Source: Tidjanibacter sp.
Lineage (GTDB): Bacteria; Bacteroidota; Bacteroidia; Bacteroidales; Rikenellaceae
Length of the DNA: 64,000 bases
Reading direction: 5' to 3'
Assembly (NCBI GenBank): GCA_017390585.1
Contig: JAFPBB010000042.1
Location: 5,923 to 69,922 of the forward strand
Below, one piece after another: positions 30,446 to 39,257 of the stretch (the first letter of the stretch is position 1; every line of letters begins with the position of its first letter). The notes under the pieces are model-generated. The model was not told the DNA's origin, did no database searches, and saw only the letters and a list, made by a program, of their open reading frames with translations. Made by a program: the position numbers and the translations under genes.

Positions 30446-33106
30446 TTAGAGACCCGTGATGGCCTTGATGTCGTTGAGAATGTTGAGTGCCTCAATGGGG
30501 GTGAGGGAGTTGATGTCGAGGTCACGGATGCGGTCGCGAATCGAGAGTAGCACGGGGTCCTCGAGCTGGAACATACTCAACTGTATGCCTACGGGAGGCA
30601 CACTCTTCACAGCCTTCACCTTGGGCGTAGCCTTGCCACTCTTGCCCGATTGCTCCACTGCGATGGAGTCCTCGGCGTGGGAAGCAACCAGCACTGCCAG
30701 AATCTCATCCGCCCTCTCCACAACCTTGGTTGGCATACCTGCAAGTTTGGCAACGTGGATACCAAATGAGTTGTCCGTACCTCCTCGACGGAGCTTACGC
30801 AAGAATAGAATGGTGCGACCAACCTCTTTGACCGAAACGTTGTAGTTCTTCACTCTCTCGAGGCTCTCCTCCATCTGGTTGAGTTCGTGGTAGTGGGTGG
30901 CAAAAAGGGTCTTCGCGCGCGCACGCGTATGATTATGTAGGTATTCCACCATACTCCACGCAATGGATATGCCGTCGTAGGTGCTTGTGCCACGACCAAT
31001 CTCGTCGAGCAACACGAGGCTGCGGTCCGTAACATTGTTGAGAATCGAGGCGCTCTCGAGCATCTCCACCATAAAGGGACTCTCGCCCTGGGAAATATTG
31101 TCACTTGCACCCACCCGGGTGAAGATTTTGTCCACAATGCCTATGTGTGCGCTCGAGGCGGGGACAAAGGAACCCATCTGTGCCATCAGTACGATGAGTG
31201 CCGTCTGGCGGAGTAGGGCGCTCTTACCCGACATATTCGGACCCGTAATCATCATTATCTGCTGACTCTTATCGTCGAGGTAGACATCGTTGGGCACATA
31301 CTGTTCGCCCACGGCCATCATCATCTCAATGACGGGATGGCGCCCATCGCGAATGTCGATAACCTTGTCGTCCGAAATCTCGGGACGCACATAGCCCCTC
31401 TCGAGTGCAATGGCTGCAAAGGATGTGAGACAGTCGAGTCGAGCCACCACTGCTGCATTGCGCTGTAATTCGGTGAGTGAGCCGGCCAAATAGTGGAGCA
31501 ACTCGTCCCATAAGCGGGCCTCGATGGCGAGGATTTTCTCCTCGGCTCCGAGCACTTTCTCCTCATACTCTTTGAGCTCGGCGGTGATGTAGCGTTCGGC
31601 ATTGGCGAGGGTCTGTTTGCGTACCCATTCCGCAGGTACCTTATCCTTGTGGGAGTTGCGGACCTCTATGTAGTAGCCAAAAACGTTGTTGTAACTAACT
31701 CGAAGTGAGGGGATTCCTGTGCGAAGGCTCTCGCTTTGCTGAATGTCGGCAATGCGATCCTTGCCGTGGAGAACAATACCTCGGAGGTCGTCGAGCTCGA
31801 GATCCACTCCGTCGGCGATGATTCCTCCGCGTTGAATCTGGTTGCTACTCGGGTCGGGATATATTGTGGCGGCAATCTTTCGGCGTTGCTCAGCCATAGG
31901 TATGAGCGTGGAACCGATGATCTCAAGTGCTTGGTTGCCACTATTCTCGAGCATACACTGAAGCTCTTCGATGGCTCCGAGCGAATCTTTTAGTGCATTG
32001 ACCTCGCGGGGAGTGATGCGCCCCACAGCAATGCGTGAGGCAAGGCGTTCCAAGTCGCTAATGAGGCTGAGCGAAGTGCCTATCGTATCCCTCATCTCGG
32101 GTGCATCCTTGATGGCTTCCACAATATTCAGGCGCGCATTGAGTTTGTCGACATCCTTGATGGGCATTGTTATCCAATGGCGCAGAAGCCTACCACCCAT
32201 AGGGGTCGATGTGCGGTCGATGGCGTCGGCAAATGATCCCTTACCTGCGGTGTTGTTGGTGCCGAGAAGTTCGAGGTTGCGGATGGTGAAACGATCAATC
32301 CAGACATATTTGTCGGGGTCGATGCGCGAGATGGAGTTGATGTGTGCAATATCCTTGTGCTCGGTGTAGTCGAGGTAGTGGAGGATTGCTCCTGCGGCAG
32401 TGATGCCTGCGCCCATACGCTCAATGCCATAGCCCTTGAGCGAGCGTACACCAAACTGCTTGCAGAGTTTTTTGCGACTCACCTCCTCGTTGAAAACCCA
32501 ACGGTCGAGACGATAGGTGTAGTTGCGGCCACTGACAGCCTGAGAGAATCGGTCCTCCATACCGCGCTCATAGACAATCTCCTTGGGGGAGAAGTTGGCA
32601 ATGAGTTTGTCGGTGTAGTCGTCGTTGCCCTCACCCACATAGAACTCACCTGTCGAGAGGTCGAGTAGGGCGATGCCGTTGCGCTTTTCACCGAAGTGGA
32701 TTGCGGCAAGAAAGATGTTTTCGCGTGCGGAGAGAATGTTTTCGTTCATCACCACACCCGGGGTTACCAGCTCTACAACGCCTCTTTTCACCAAACCCTT
32801 AACCGACTTGGGGTCCTCGAGTTGCTCGCATACAGCCACGCGTCGACCTGCTCGCACGAGCTTGGGGAGATAGGTGTTGACGGCGTGATAGGGGAAACCG
32901 GCCATTTCGATGAAATTGCTCGGACCATTGCCCTTGCGAGTGAGTGCAATGCCGAGTATGGAGGCTGCTTCAACAGCATCCTCACCATAGGTCTCGTAGA
33001 AGTCACCCACTCGGAAGAGGAGGATGGCGTCGCTGTGTGTTGCCTTAATGGAGAAGTATTGTTGCATCAAAGGAGTCTCCTTTGGCTGTTTCTCTTGTTT
33101 TGCCAC
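30446..33106 (-). CDS. mutS: DNA mismatch repair protein MutS
   Basis: TPLMQQY, FRVGDFYE, TGPNMSGKS, LLDEIGRGT, FATHYHEL; GTG start. Confidence 0.95.
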   Translation of the reverse strand: MAKQEKQPKETPLMQQYFSIKATHSDAILLFRVGDFYETYGEDAVEAASILGIALTRKGNGPSNFIEMAGFPYHAVNTYLPKLVRAGRRVAVCEQLEDPKSVKGLVKRGVVELVTPGVVMNENILSARENIFLAAIHFGEKRNGIALLDLSTGEFYVGEGNDDYTDKLIANFSPKEIVYERGMEDRFSQAVSGRNYTYRLDRWVFNEEVSRKKLCKQFGVRSLKGYGIERMGAGITAAGAILHYLDYTEHKDIAHINSISRIDPDKYVWIDRFTIRNLELLGTNNTAGKGSFADAIDRTSTPMGGRLLRHWITMPIKDVDKLNARLNIVEAIKDAPEMRDTIGTSLSLISDLERLASRIAVGRITPREVNALKDSLGAIEELQCMLENSGNQALEIIGSTLIPMAEQRRKIAATIYPDPSSNQIQRGGIIADGVDLELDDLRGIVLHGKDRIADIQQSESLRTGIPSLRVSYNNVFGYYIEVRNSHKDKVPAEWVRKQTLANAERYITAELKEYEEKVLGAEEKILAIEARLWDELLHYLAGSLTELQRNAAVVARLDCLTSFAAIALERGYVRPEISDDKVIDIRDGRHPVIEMMMAVGEQYVPNDVYLDDKSQQIMMITGPNMSGKSALLRQTALIVLMAQMGSFVPASSAHIGIVDKIFTRVGASDNISQGESPFMVEMLESASILNNVTDRSLVLLDEIGRGTSTYDGISIAWSMVEYLHNHTRARAKTLFATHYHELNQMEESLERVKNYNVSVKEVGRTILFLRKLRRGGTDNSFGIHVAKLAGMPTKVVERADEILAVLVASHAEDSIAVEQSGKSGKATPKVKAVKSVPPVGIQLSMFQLEDPVLLSIRDRIRDLDINSLTPIEALNILNDIKAITGL

Positions 33107-33277
33107 TTGTCGGAAAGTTTTGGGTTTACATCCTGCAAATGTACCTATAATATTTTAGAAAGGGCTCTTCGGGTGGCGGTTTTTTCACCTCAAAGGTGGA
33201 ATTTTGCTCTTTTGGATATATTTCCGTTGGCATAAATGGCTGGGTGTGGGGATGATGATTTTTTGTGGTTGAGAGAT

Positions 33278-33308
33278 TTTGAAATGTAAAAAAATATACA
33301 TACTTTTG
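33278..33308 (+). promoter_or_regulatory. Promoter of the pyr operon
   Basis: TTTG (33278-33281), 19 nt spacer, TACTTTTG (33301-33308); matches the Bacteroidetes consensus. Confidence 0.75.
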
Positions 33309-33332
33309 TGGGCAAATTGAGCCACGAAGATT

Positions 33333-33431
33333 ATGACTATTTGCACCCAAATATCTATCAAAGGCCGCTTGGCCAGGAATGAGGGCCCTAATAGTCGTGT
33401 TATCTTTGTTGGTTTGTGGAATATGAGGTGA
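33333..33431 (+). CDS. Putative pyr leader peptide, 32 aa (MTICTQISIKGRLARNEGPNSRVIFVGLWNMR)
   Basis: Open frame from ATG 33333 to TGA 33429-33431, translated by hand; the stop lies inside the 5' arm of the terminator; translation not demonstrated. Confidence 0.5.
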   Translation: MTICTQISIKGRLARNEGPNSRVIFVGLWNMR

Positions 33432-33459
33432 TTCGCCAGTGCGAGTTACCTCTTTTTTT
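33425..33459 (+). terminator. Attenuator-type intrinsic terminator in the pyrC leader
   Basis: GAGGTGATTCGC-cagt-GCGAGTTACCTC followed by 7 T; lies between the promoter and the pyrC start. Confidence 0.85.
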
Positions 33460-33483
33460 ATGCCATAATTTCTTGTTTGGAGT

Positions 33484-34764
33484 ATGAATCGAGTCAGTGT
33501 AGAGTCGTTGGTAATCAAGGGCGCAAAGGTATGGTATGAGGGTGCATTCAGGGTTGCAGATGTCCGCATCCGCGATGGTATTCTCGTTGAAATAGCTTCC
33601 GACATTGAGCCTGCCGAGGGCGAAGATGTCAAGGAGGCGGAGGGAAAACATCTTCTCCCCGGACTTGTGGATATGCACGTCCACTTGCGTGAGCCCGGTT
33701 ATGGCTACAAGGAGACAATCTCCAGCGGCACGAGGGCAGCCGCGCGTGGCGGCTTCACAACTGTGTGCCCTATGCCCAACCTCAATCCCGCCCCCGACAC
33801 TCTCGATAATCTCCGCGAACAACTCTCCATCGTTGAGCGCGATGCATTCATAGATGTGCGTCCCTATGCAACCATCACTATGGCTCGCAAGGGAGCTGAA
33901 CTCGTCGATTATGAGGCACTTGCACCCTATGTTGCTGGTTTTTCCGACGATGGTACAGGTGTGCAGTCGGCAGAGGTTATGGAGGCAGCAATGGCTCGCA
34001 TTGCACCCACGGGTAAACTCCTTGCGGCCCACTGCGAGGTGGAGAGCCTACTCAATGGCGGCTACATCCACGACGGCGAGTGGGCAAAGGCTCGCGGCCA
34101 CCGAGGCATCTGCTCCGAGAGTGAGTGGGGAGAGGTGAAACGCGATATTGAGATTGCCGAGCGCACGGGGTGTAGGCTCCACATTTGCCACATCTCCACA
34201 AAGGAGAGTGTGGAACTTATTCGTCAGGCAAAGCAGAGGGGTGTGAGGGTGACTTGTGAGACGGCGCCCCACTATTTGGTGCTCTGCGACGAGGATATGA
34301 AGGAGGAGGGCCGCTTCAAGATGAATCCACCACTGCGTGCAAGGGCCGATATGGAGGCGTTGCGCCGAGGTGTGGCAGATGGCACTATCGACGTGATTGC
34401 TACCGACCACGCACCCCATTCGGCAGAAGAGAAGGCTAAGGGCTTGGAAAAGAGCGCGATGGGTGTTGTGGGCATTGAGACTTCGCTGGCCGCCATCTAC
34501 ACCTTTATGGTGGGCGGAGGAGTGATTGGACTCGAGCAGATGGTACGCCTGATGTCGCTCAATGCCAGAGCGTTGCTCGGTATGGGCGGAGGCATAATCC
34601 TCGGAGAGAAGATTGATGCGACGCTGGTGGATTTCCGCACAGAGTTTAATGTTGAGCCCGATAAGTTTCTCTCCAAAGGAAGGAGTACTCCCTTTGAGGG
34701 GATGAGAATGAGGGGCGAGGTGGAACTTACCATCGCCGCCGGACGTGTGGTCTACGAAAAATAG
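33484..34764 (+). CDS. pyrC: Dihydroorotase (long, class I)
   Basis: DMHVHLREPG, MPN..P, HICHIS, KMNPPLR, ATDHAPH. Confidence 0.93.
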   Translation: MNRVSVESLVIKGAKVWYEGAFRVADVRIRDGILVEIASDIEPAEGEDVKEAEGKHLLPGLVDMHVHLREPGYGYKETISSGTRAAARGGFTTVCPMPNLNPAPDTLDNLREQLSIVERDAFIDVRPYATITMARKGAELVDYEALAPYVAGFSDDGTGVQSAEVMEAAMARIAPTGKLLAAHCEVESLLNGGYIHDGEWAKARGHRGICSESEWGEVKRDIEIAERTGCRLHICHISTKESVELIRQAKQRGVRVTCETAPHYLVLCDEDMKEEGRFKMNPPLRARADMEALRRGVADGTIDVIATDHAPHSAEEKAKGLEKSAMGVVGIETSLAAIYTFMVGGGVIGLEQMVRLMSLNARALLGMGGGIILGEKIDATLVDFRTEFNVEPDKFLSKGRSTPFEGMRMRGEVELTIAAGRVVYEK

Positions 34765-34785
34765 ATGATAATTCGATAAACAGAT

Positions 34786-35529
34786 ATGTATAAGAGAGAT
34801 AAATACAGGGTAGTATCCAATCAACCACTCACTGCAAAGACAATGCTGATGGTGTTGGAGGGCGATACCCAATATATCACCACAGCGGGTCAGTTTGTGA
34901 ATATCGCTGTGGAGGGCAAATTCTTGCGACGCCCCATTTCGGTGTGTGACTACGACGAAAGGAGTATCACGCTCCTCTATGATGTGGTGGGCGAAGGTAC
35001 GGCAGCTATGAGCCGTATGGAGGTTGGAACAGAACTCGACCTGCTGACAGGACTCGGTAATGGTTTCTCGGAGAGCGCGGAGTGCCACCGCCCGGCACTG
35101 CTTGGTGGCGGCATCGGATGCGCTCCATTGCTCAATCTTGCCAAGAAACTGCTGGCCAGAGGTGTGAAACCCGTGGTTATTCTCGGCTTCAATGGCGCCG
35201 GCGACGTGGTTGCGGCAGATATGTTCGAGAGCCTCGGGGTGGAGACCTACGTCGCCACTGTGGATGGCTCGGTGGGAACCAAGGGGTTTGTGACCGACGT
35301 AATCCGCGAAAAAGGCCTCGAGTGTGACTATTTCTACGCTTGTGGCCCGATGCCTATGCTCAGGGCTCTGTGTGGTAGCCTCGAATGGAGAGGCGAGGTG
35401 AGTCTCGATGAGAGAATGGCTTGTGGTTTTGGCGTATGTATGTGTTGCAGCGTGGAGACCAAGAGCGGCGCAAAACGTATATGCAAGGAGGGACCTGTGT
35501 TCTTAAAGGAGGATTTGATATGGAAGTAA
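34786..35529 (+). CDS. pyrK: Dihydroorotate dehydrogenase electron transfer subunit
   Basis: RRPISV, GGGIG, ACGP.PML, MACGFGVCMCC...ICKEGPVF. Confidence 0.92.
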   Translation: MYKRDKYRVVSNQPLTAKTMLMVLEGDTQYITTAGQFVNIAVEGKFLRRPISVCDYDERSITLLYDVVGEGTAAMSRMEVGTELDLLTGLGNGFSESAECHRPALLGGGIGCAPLLNLAKKLLARGVKPVVILGFNGAGDVVAADMFESLGVETYVATVDGSVGTKGFVTDVIREKGLECDYFYACGPMPMLRALCGSLEWRGEVSLDERMACGFGVCMCCSVETKSGAKRICKEGPVFLKEDLIWK

Positions 35530-36437
35530 AGAGAGATATGAGCGTGGAGTTGAGCGGCGTAAAGCTCGATAATCCCGTGATCCCCGCCAGCGGATGCTTC
35601 GGCTTTGGCTATGGTATGGCGGAGTTCTATGATATCAACATCTTGGGCTCGATTTCATTCAAAGGCACTACGCGCGAGGCTCGCTATGGCAATCCACTGC
35701 CTCGCGTGGCGGAGTGTACATCGGGAATGATTAATGCTGTGGGCCTCCAAAATCCCGGCATTGACGCTGTGATTGCGGAAGAATTGCCCAAGATGAGGGC
35801 CGCTTTCCACAAGCCTATCATCGCCAACATCAGTGGTTTTTCTATTGATGAATATGTAGAATGCTGTCGGAAGATTGACAAGGAGGAACAGGTGGCCATC
35901 ATTGAGCTCAATGTAAGTTGCCCCAATGTGCACGGAGGCGGTATGAGCTTTGGTACTTCGGCCGAGTCGGTTGCCGAGGTGGTGAGGGCAGTGAAACAGG
36001 TTGTTACCAAACCTCTCTATGTGAAACTCACACCCAATGTTACGGACATTGTGTCGATTGCAAAGGCTGCCGAGGCTGCAGGTGCAGATGGTATATGCCT
36101 GATTAATACAATGCTCGGTATGAGGATCAATACTCGCACTCGCAAACCCGTCATTGCCAACACTATGGGTGGCTTTTCGGGCGCAGCCGTATTCCCTGTG
36201 GCTGTGAGAATGGTCTACCAAGTGGCAAAGGCTTGTAGCATTCCCGTCATCGGTTGTGGCGGCGTGGAGAGTGCCAGCGATGTCATTGAGATGATGATGG
36301 CCGGAGCCTCGGCTGTGGAGGTGGGAGCCGCCAATTTGCGTAACCCCTATGCCTGCAAGGAGATAATCGAGGCCCTGCCTGCGGAGATGGAACGACTTGG
36401 AATTGAGAAATTAACAGATATAATCGGAATCGTATGA
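35520..36437 (+). CDS. pyrD: Dihydroorotate dehydrogenase family 1B catalytic subunit (start at ATG 35520)
   Basis: NAVGLQNPG, ELNVSCPNV, VKLTPN, INT, GGFSG. Confidence 0.93.
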   Translation: MEVKRDMSVELSGVKLDNPVIPASGCFGFGYGMAEFYDINILGSISFKGTTREARYGNPLPRVAECTSGMINAVGLQNPGIDAVIAEELPKMRAAFHKPIIANISGFSIDEYVECCRKIDKEEQVAIIELNVSCPNVHGGGMSFGTSAESVAEVVRAVKQVVTKPLYVKLTPNVTDIVSIAKAAEAAGADGICLINTMLGMRINTRTRKPVIANTMGGFSGAAVFPVAVRMVYQVAKACSIPVIGCGGVESASDVIEMMMAGASAVEVGAANLRNPYACKEIIEALPAEMERLGIEKLTDIIGIV

Positions 36438-37147
36438 ACGCAAAAGATGTAATCATTGCCTGTGACTTTGCCTCGGCAGAGCAGACTATGGCATTCCTCG
36501 ACAAATTCGAGGGTGAGGAGCGCAAACCCTTCCTCAAAATCGGTATGGAACTCTACTATGCAGAGGGCAACGCCATCGTGAAAGAGATTAAGCGCAGGGG
36601 ACACAAAATCTTCCTCGATCTCAAATTGCACGATATTCCCAACACGGTGCGTAAGGCTATGAAAGTGCTGTCGGCACTCGATGTGGATATGGTGAATGTA
36701 CACGCTTCGGGCACGGTGGAGATGATGAAAGCTGCCAAGGAGGGACTCACCCGCGAGGATGGCTCGAGGCCCCTTTTGATTGCTGTGACCCAGCTTACCT
36801 CCACATCGGAGCAGGCTATGCAGCAGGAGCTCCTCATTGGTGCAACCATTGGCGATACGATTATCAAATATGCAAAGAACGCCAAAGAGGCTGGTCTCGA
36901 TGGTGTGGTTTGTTCGCCCCTCGAGTCGACCATTGTGAAGGATGCGTGTGGCAATGAGTTTATGACCATCACCCCCGGCATTCGCTTTGCCGATTCGGCT
37001 GCCGACGACCAGGTGAGGATCACCTCTCCCGCAAAGGCGCGTCAGCTTGGCTCGGACTACATTGTGGTGGGTCGCCCCATTACTGCAGCCGAGGATCCCG
37101 TGGCTGCATATCGCAGGTGTGTTGCAGAGTTTTTGGAGTTGAATTAA
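36434..37147 (+). CDS. pyrF: Orotidine-5'-phosphate decarboxylase
   Basis: FLDLKLHDIPNT, VTQLTS, TPGIR, VVGRPI. Confidence 0.95.
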   Translation: MNAKDVIIACDFASAEQTMAFLDKFEGEERKPFLKIGMELYYAEGNAIVKEIKRRGHKIFLDLKLHDIPNTVRKAMKVLSALDVDMVNVHASGTVEMMKAAKEGLTREDGSRPLLIAVTQLTSTSEQAMQQELLIGATIGDTIIKYAKNAKEAGLDGVVCSPLESTIVKDACGNEFMTITPGIRFADSAADDQVRITSPAKARQLGSDYIVVGRPITAAEDPVAAYRRCVAEFLELN

Positions 37148-37165
37148 TAAATATACAAAAGAGAG

Positions 37166-37804
37166 ATGAATACCGAAAAAATTGTGGCAGCCGAGTTGCT
37201 CAGCATCGGCGCCGTTTTCTTGAGCCCCGATAAGCCTTTCACTTGGGCAAGTGGCATCAAAAGCCCCATCTATTGCGACAACCGATTGATTCTCACCGCC
37301 CCTGCAGCACGCAAAGTGGTGGAGAGTGCAATTGCACAGACCGTCAAAGAGAAATTCCCCGAGGCAGAGGTGTTGATGGGAACAAGCACTGCTGGCATTG
37401 CCCACGCCGCTATCGCTGCCGACATCCTCGATATGCCTATGGGCTATGTGCGTGGTAGCGCAAAGGACCACGGCAGGGGTAATCGCATCGAGGGTCGCCT
37501 TGAGCAGGGCGCCAAGGTGGTGGTTATTGAGGACCTTATCTCCACCGGCGGTAGCTGCATCGACGTTGTGGAGGCTCTCCGCGAGGCAGGTGCAGAGGTG
37601 CTTGGCGTGGTGAGCATATTCACCTACGGAATGAAGAAGGGCTTGGAGAGGTTGGCTGCTGCAAATGTCACCAACTACTCGCTCTCGAACTTCGACACAC
37701 TCGTGGGTGTGGCTGTGGAGAAAGGCTACATTGCCGCAAGCGATGAGGCTCGACTCAAACAGTTTATGAGCAATCCCCAGGACGAGTCTTGGATGAATAA
37801 ATAG
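37166..37804 (+). CDS. pyrE: Orotate phosphoribosyltransferase
   Basis: WASGIKSPIYCDNR, VVVIEDLISTGGS. Confidence 0.95.
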   Translation: MNTEKIVAAELLSIGAVFLSPDKPFTWASGIKSPIYCDNRLILTAPAARKVVESAIAQTVKEKFPEAEVLMGTSTAGIAHAAIAADILDMPMGYVRGSAKDHGRGNRIEGRLEQGAKVVVIEDLISTGGSCIDVVEALREAGAEVLGVVSIFTYGMKKGLERLAAANVTNYSLSNFDTLVGVAVEKGYIAASDEARLKQFMSNPQDESWMNK

Positions 37805-37861
37805 AATAGACTTAGGTTAGTTAAACATAAACTTTAATCCAAACAATATAAACATACGACT

Positions 37862-38950
37862 ATGAGACACTTGATTGACCCCACCGACCTCTCAATGCAG
37901 GAGCTTAACGAGATTATTGACCTCGCACTCGATATCATCGAAAATCGCGATAAATATACCGAAGCTTGCAAGGGTAAGAAATTGGCCACTCTCTTCTATG
38001 AGCCAAGTACTCGCACCCGCTTGAGCTTTACATCGGCTATGCTGGAGCTTGGTGGTACTGTTCTCGGTTTCTCGGATGCAAAGAGCTCTTCGGTGGCAAA
38101 AGGCGAGACCTGTGCCGACACCACCAAGACCATCAGCTGCTTTGCAGACATCATCGCTATGCGTCACTTTGAGGAGGGTGCCGCTCTTGTTGCTGCACAG
38201 AATGCCCGCATCCCCGTTATTAATGCAGGTGACGGCAGCCACAGCCATCCCACCCAAACCCTCACCGACCTTCTGACCATCAAGCGTGAGGTGGGTCGTT
38301 TCGATAATCTCACCATCGGTTTCTGCGGCGACCTCCGATTTGGTCGTACCGTTCACTCGCTCATCAAGGCAATGTCGCGCTATGAGGGTGTGAAGGTGGT
38401 GCTGATTGCCCCCGAGCAGTTGCGTCTGCCCAGCTATATGAAGCAGGAGGTTTGCGATAAGAACAACATCCCCTATGTGGAGGTTTCGTCGATGGAGGAG
38501 GTTATGGGCGACCTCGACATCCTCTATATGACCCGCGTGCAGAAAGAGCGCTTCCTCGATGAGGATGAGTTTGACCGCCTGAAAGATAGCTTCATTCTTG
38601 ATCCCTCGAAGCTCAAAAATGCTCGTCCCGAGATGCGTATTCTCCACCCACTGCCTCGTGTAAACGAGATTACCGTGGATGTGGATGCCGACCCCAGGGC
38701 TGCATACTTCCGTCAGGTTGAGAATGGTAAATTCGTGCGTATGGCATTGATTATGAAGCTTCTTGAGTGGGCTAAGGATGATAGCAAGACCATCGACCTC
38801 ATCCCCGCCGACGCAGTGAAGAACGAGTATGTATGTAGCAACAAACGCTGCATCTCCAACCTCGAGAATGTGGATTCCTACTTCCGCCCTCGCACCGACA
38901 AGCCCGGTAAGTTCCGTTGTGTCTACTGCGAGTCGAAGGCAAAATTGTAG
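37862..38950 (+). CDS. pyrB: Aspartate carbamoyltransferase catalytic chain with a C-terminal PyrI-like zinc domain
   Basis: [23 protein letters not shown]; tail CSNKRC...FRCVYCE. Confidence 0.92.
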   Translation: MRHLIDPTDLSMQELNEIIDLALDIIENRDKYTEACKGKKLATLFYEPSTRTRLSFTSAMLELGGTVLGFSDAKSSSVAKGETCADTTKTISCFADIIAMRHFEEGAALVAAQNARIPVINAGDGSHSHPTQTLTDLLTIKREVGRFDNLTIGFCGDLRFGRTVHSLIKAMSRYEGVKVVLIAPEQLRLPSYMKQEVCDKNNIPYVEVSSMEEVMGDLDILYMTRVQKERFLDEDEFDRLKDSFILDPSKLKNARPEMRILHPLPRVNEITVDVDADPRAAYFRQVENGKFVRMALIMKLLEWAKDDSKTIDLIPADAVKNEYVCSNKRCISNLENVDSYFRPRTDKPGKFRCVYCESKAKL

Positions 38951-39003
38951 TAGTTTGTTGATAACTTATTAGTAATAATATTTCACATTTGGAGAAAAAA
39001 TAT

Positions 39004-39011
39004 TAACTTTG
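39004..39011 (+). promoter_or_regulatory. -7 promoter element for the pur operon
   Basis: TAACTTTG matches TAnnTTTG in an AT-rich gap; the -33 element is only a weak match. Confidence 0.55.
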
Positions 39012-39052
39012 CCAAGTTGGATAATGATAACCGAAAGGTGAGCTGAAATTGT

Positions 39053-39211
39053 ATGAGCAGACCTCGAAACATATCCGCCGAGAAGATAGAGTGGCGCAAA
39101 GGTATGATGGCCGGAGGTGGTCGTCAGGTGGCGTGGGGATTGGAAACAGCCCTCGCAGCGGAAAAGTGCGCCTTCTCGAAAGCAAAAGTTGCGACCTTAA
39201 GTGAAATGTAG
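39053..39211 (+). CDS. Putative pur leader peptide, 52 aa (MSRPRNISAEKIEWRKGMMAGGGRQVAWGLETALAAEKCAFSKAKVATLSEM)
   Basis: Open frame from ATG 39053 to TAG 39209-39211, translated by hand; ends 5 nt before the terminator stem; translation not demonstrated. Confidence 0.45.
   Translation: MSRPRNISAEKIEWRKGMMAGGGRQVAWGLETALAAEKCAFSKAKVATLSEM
39079..39178 (+). ncRNA. Candidate structured leader RNA (three-way junction) upstream of purE
   Basis: CGAGAA/TTCTCG and GGCGCA/TGCGCC close two hairpins: TGATGGCC/GGTCGTCA and a GAAA-capped stem at 39131-39156; folded by eye. Confidence 0.4.
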
Positions 39212-39216
39212 ATAGA

Positions 39217-39257
39217 GTGTGACCGCCGACGTAGTGTGTTGGCGGTCACGCTTTTAT
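39217..39257 (+). terminator. Attenuator-type intrinsic terminator in the purE leader
   Basis: GTGTGACCGCCGAC-gtagtgt-GTTGGCGGTCACGC followed by TTTTAT, 25 nt before the purE ATG. Confidence 0.78.

Noticed and set aside
33363-33390. PyrR-binding loop in the pyrC leader
   Set aside because: GGCCAGGAATGAGGGCC only loosely resembles ARUCCNGNGAGGYU, and no pyrR gene is in the window.
33126-33632. 168 aa minus-strand ORF over the mutS-pyrC intergenic region
   Set aside because: It overlaps pyrC and crosses two divergent promoter regions, and its composition is not protein-like.
39081-39100. Resemblance of GAAGATAGAGTGGCG to the start of a lysine riboswitch
   Set aside because: The rest of the lysine aptamer layout is not evident, and the downstream genes are purine genes.
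39003-39185. 60 aa minus-strand ORF in the pyrB-purE gap
   Set aside because: It has a non-ATG start and no motif, and lies antisense to a leader better explained by plus-strand promoter, ORF and terminator.
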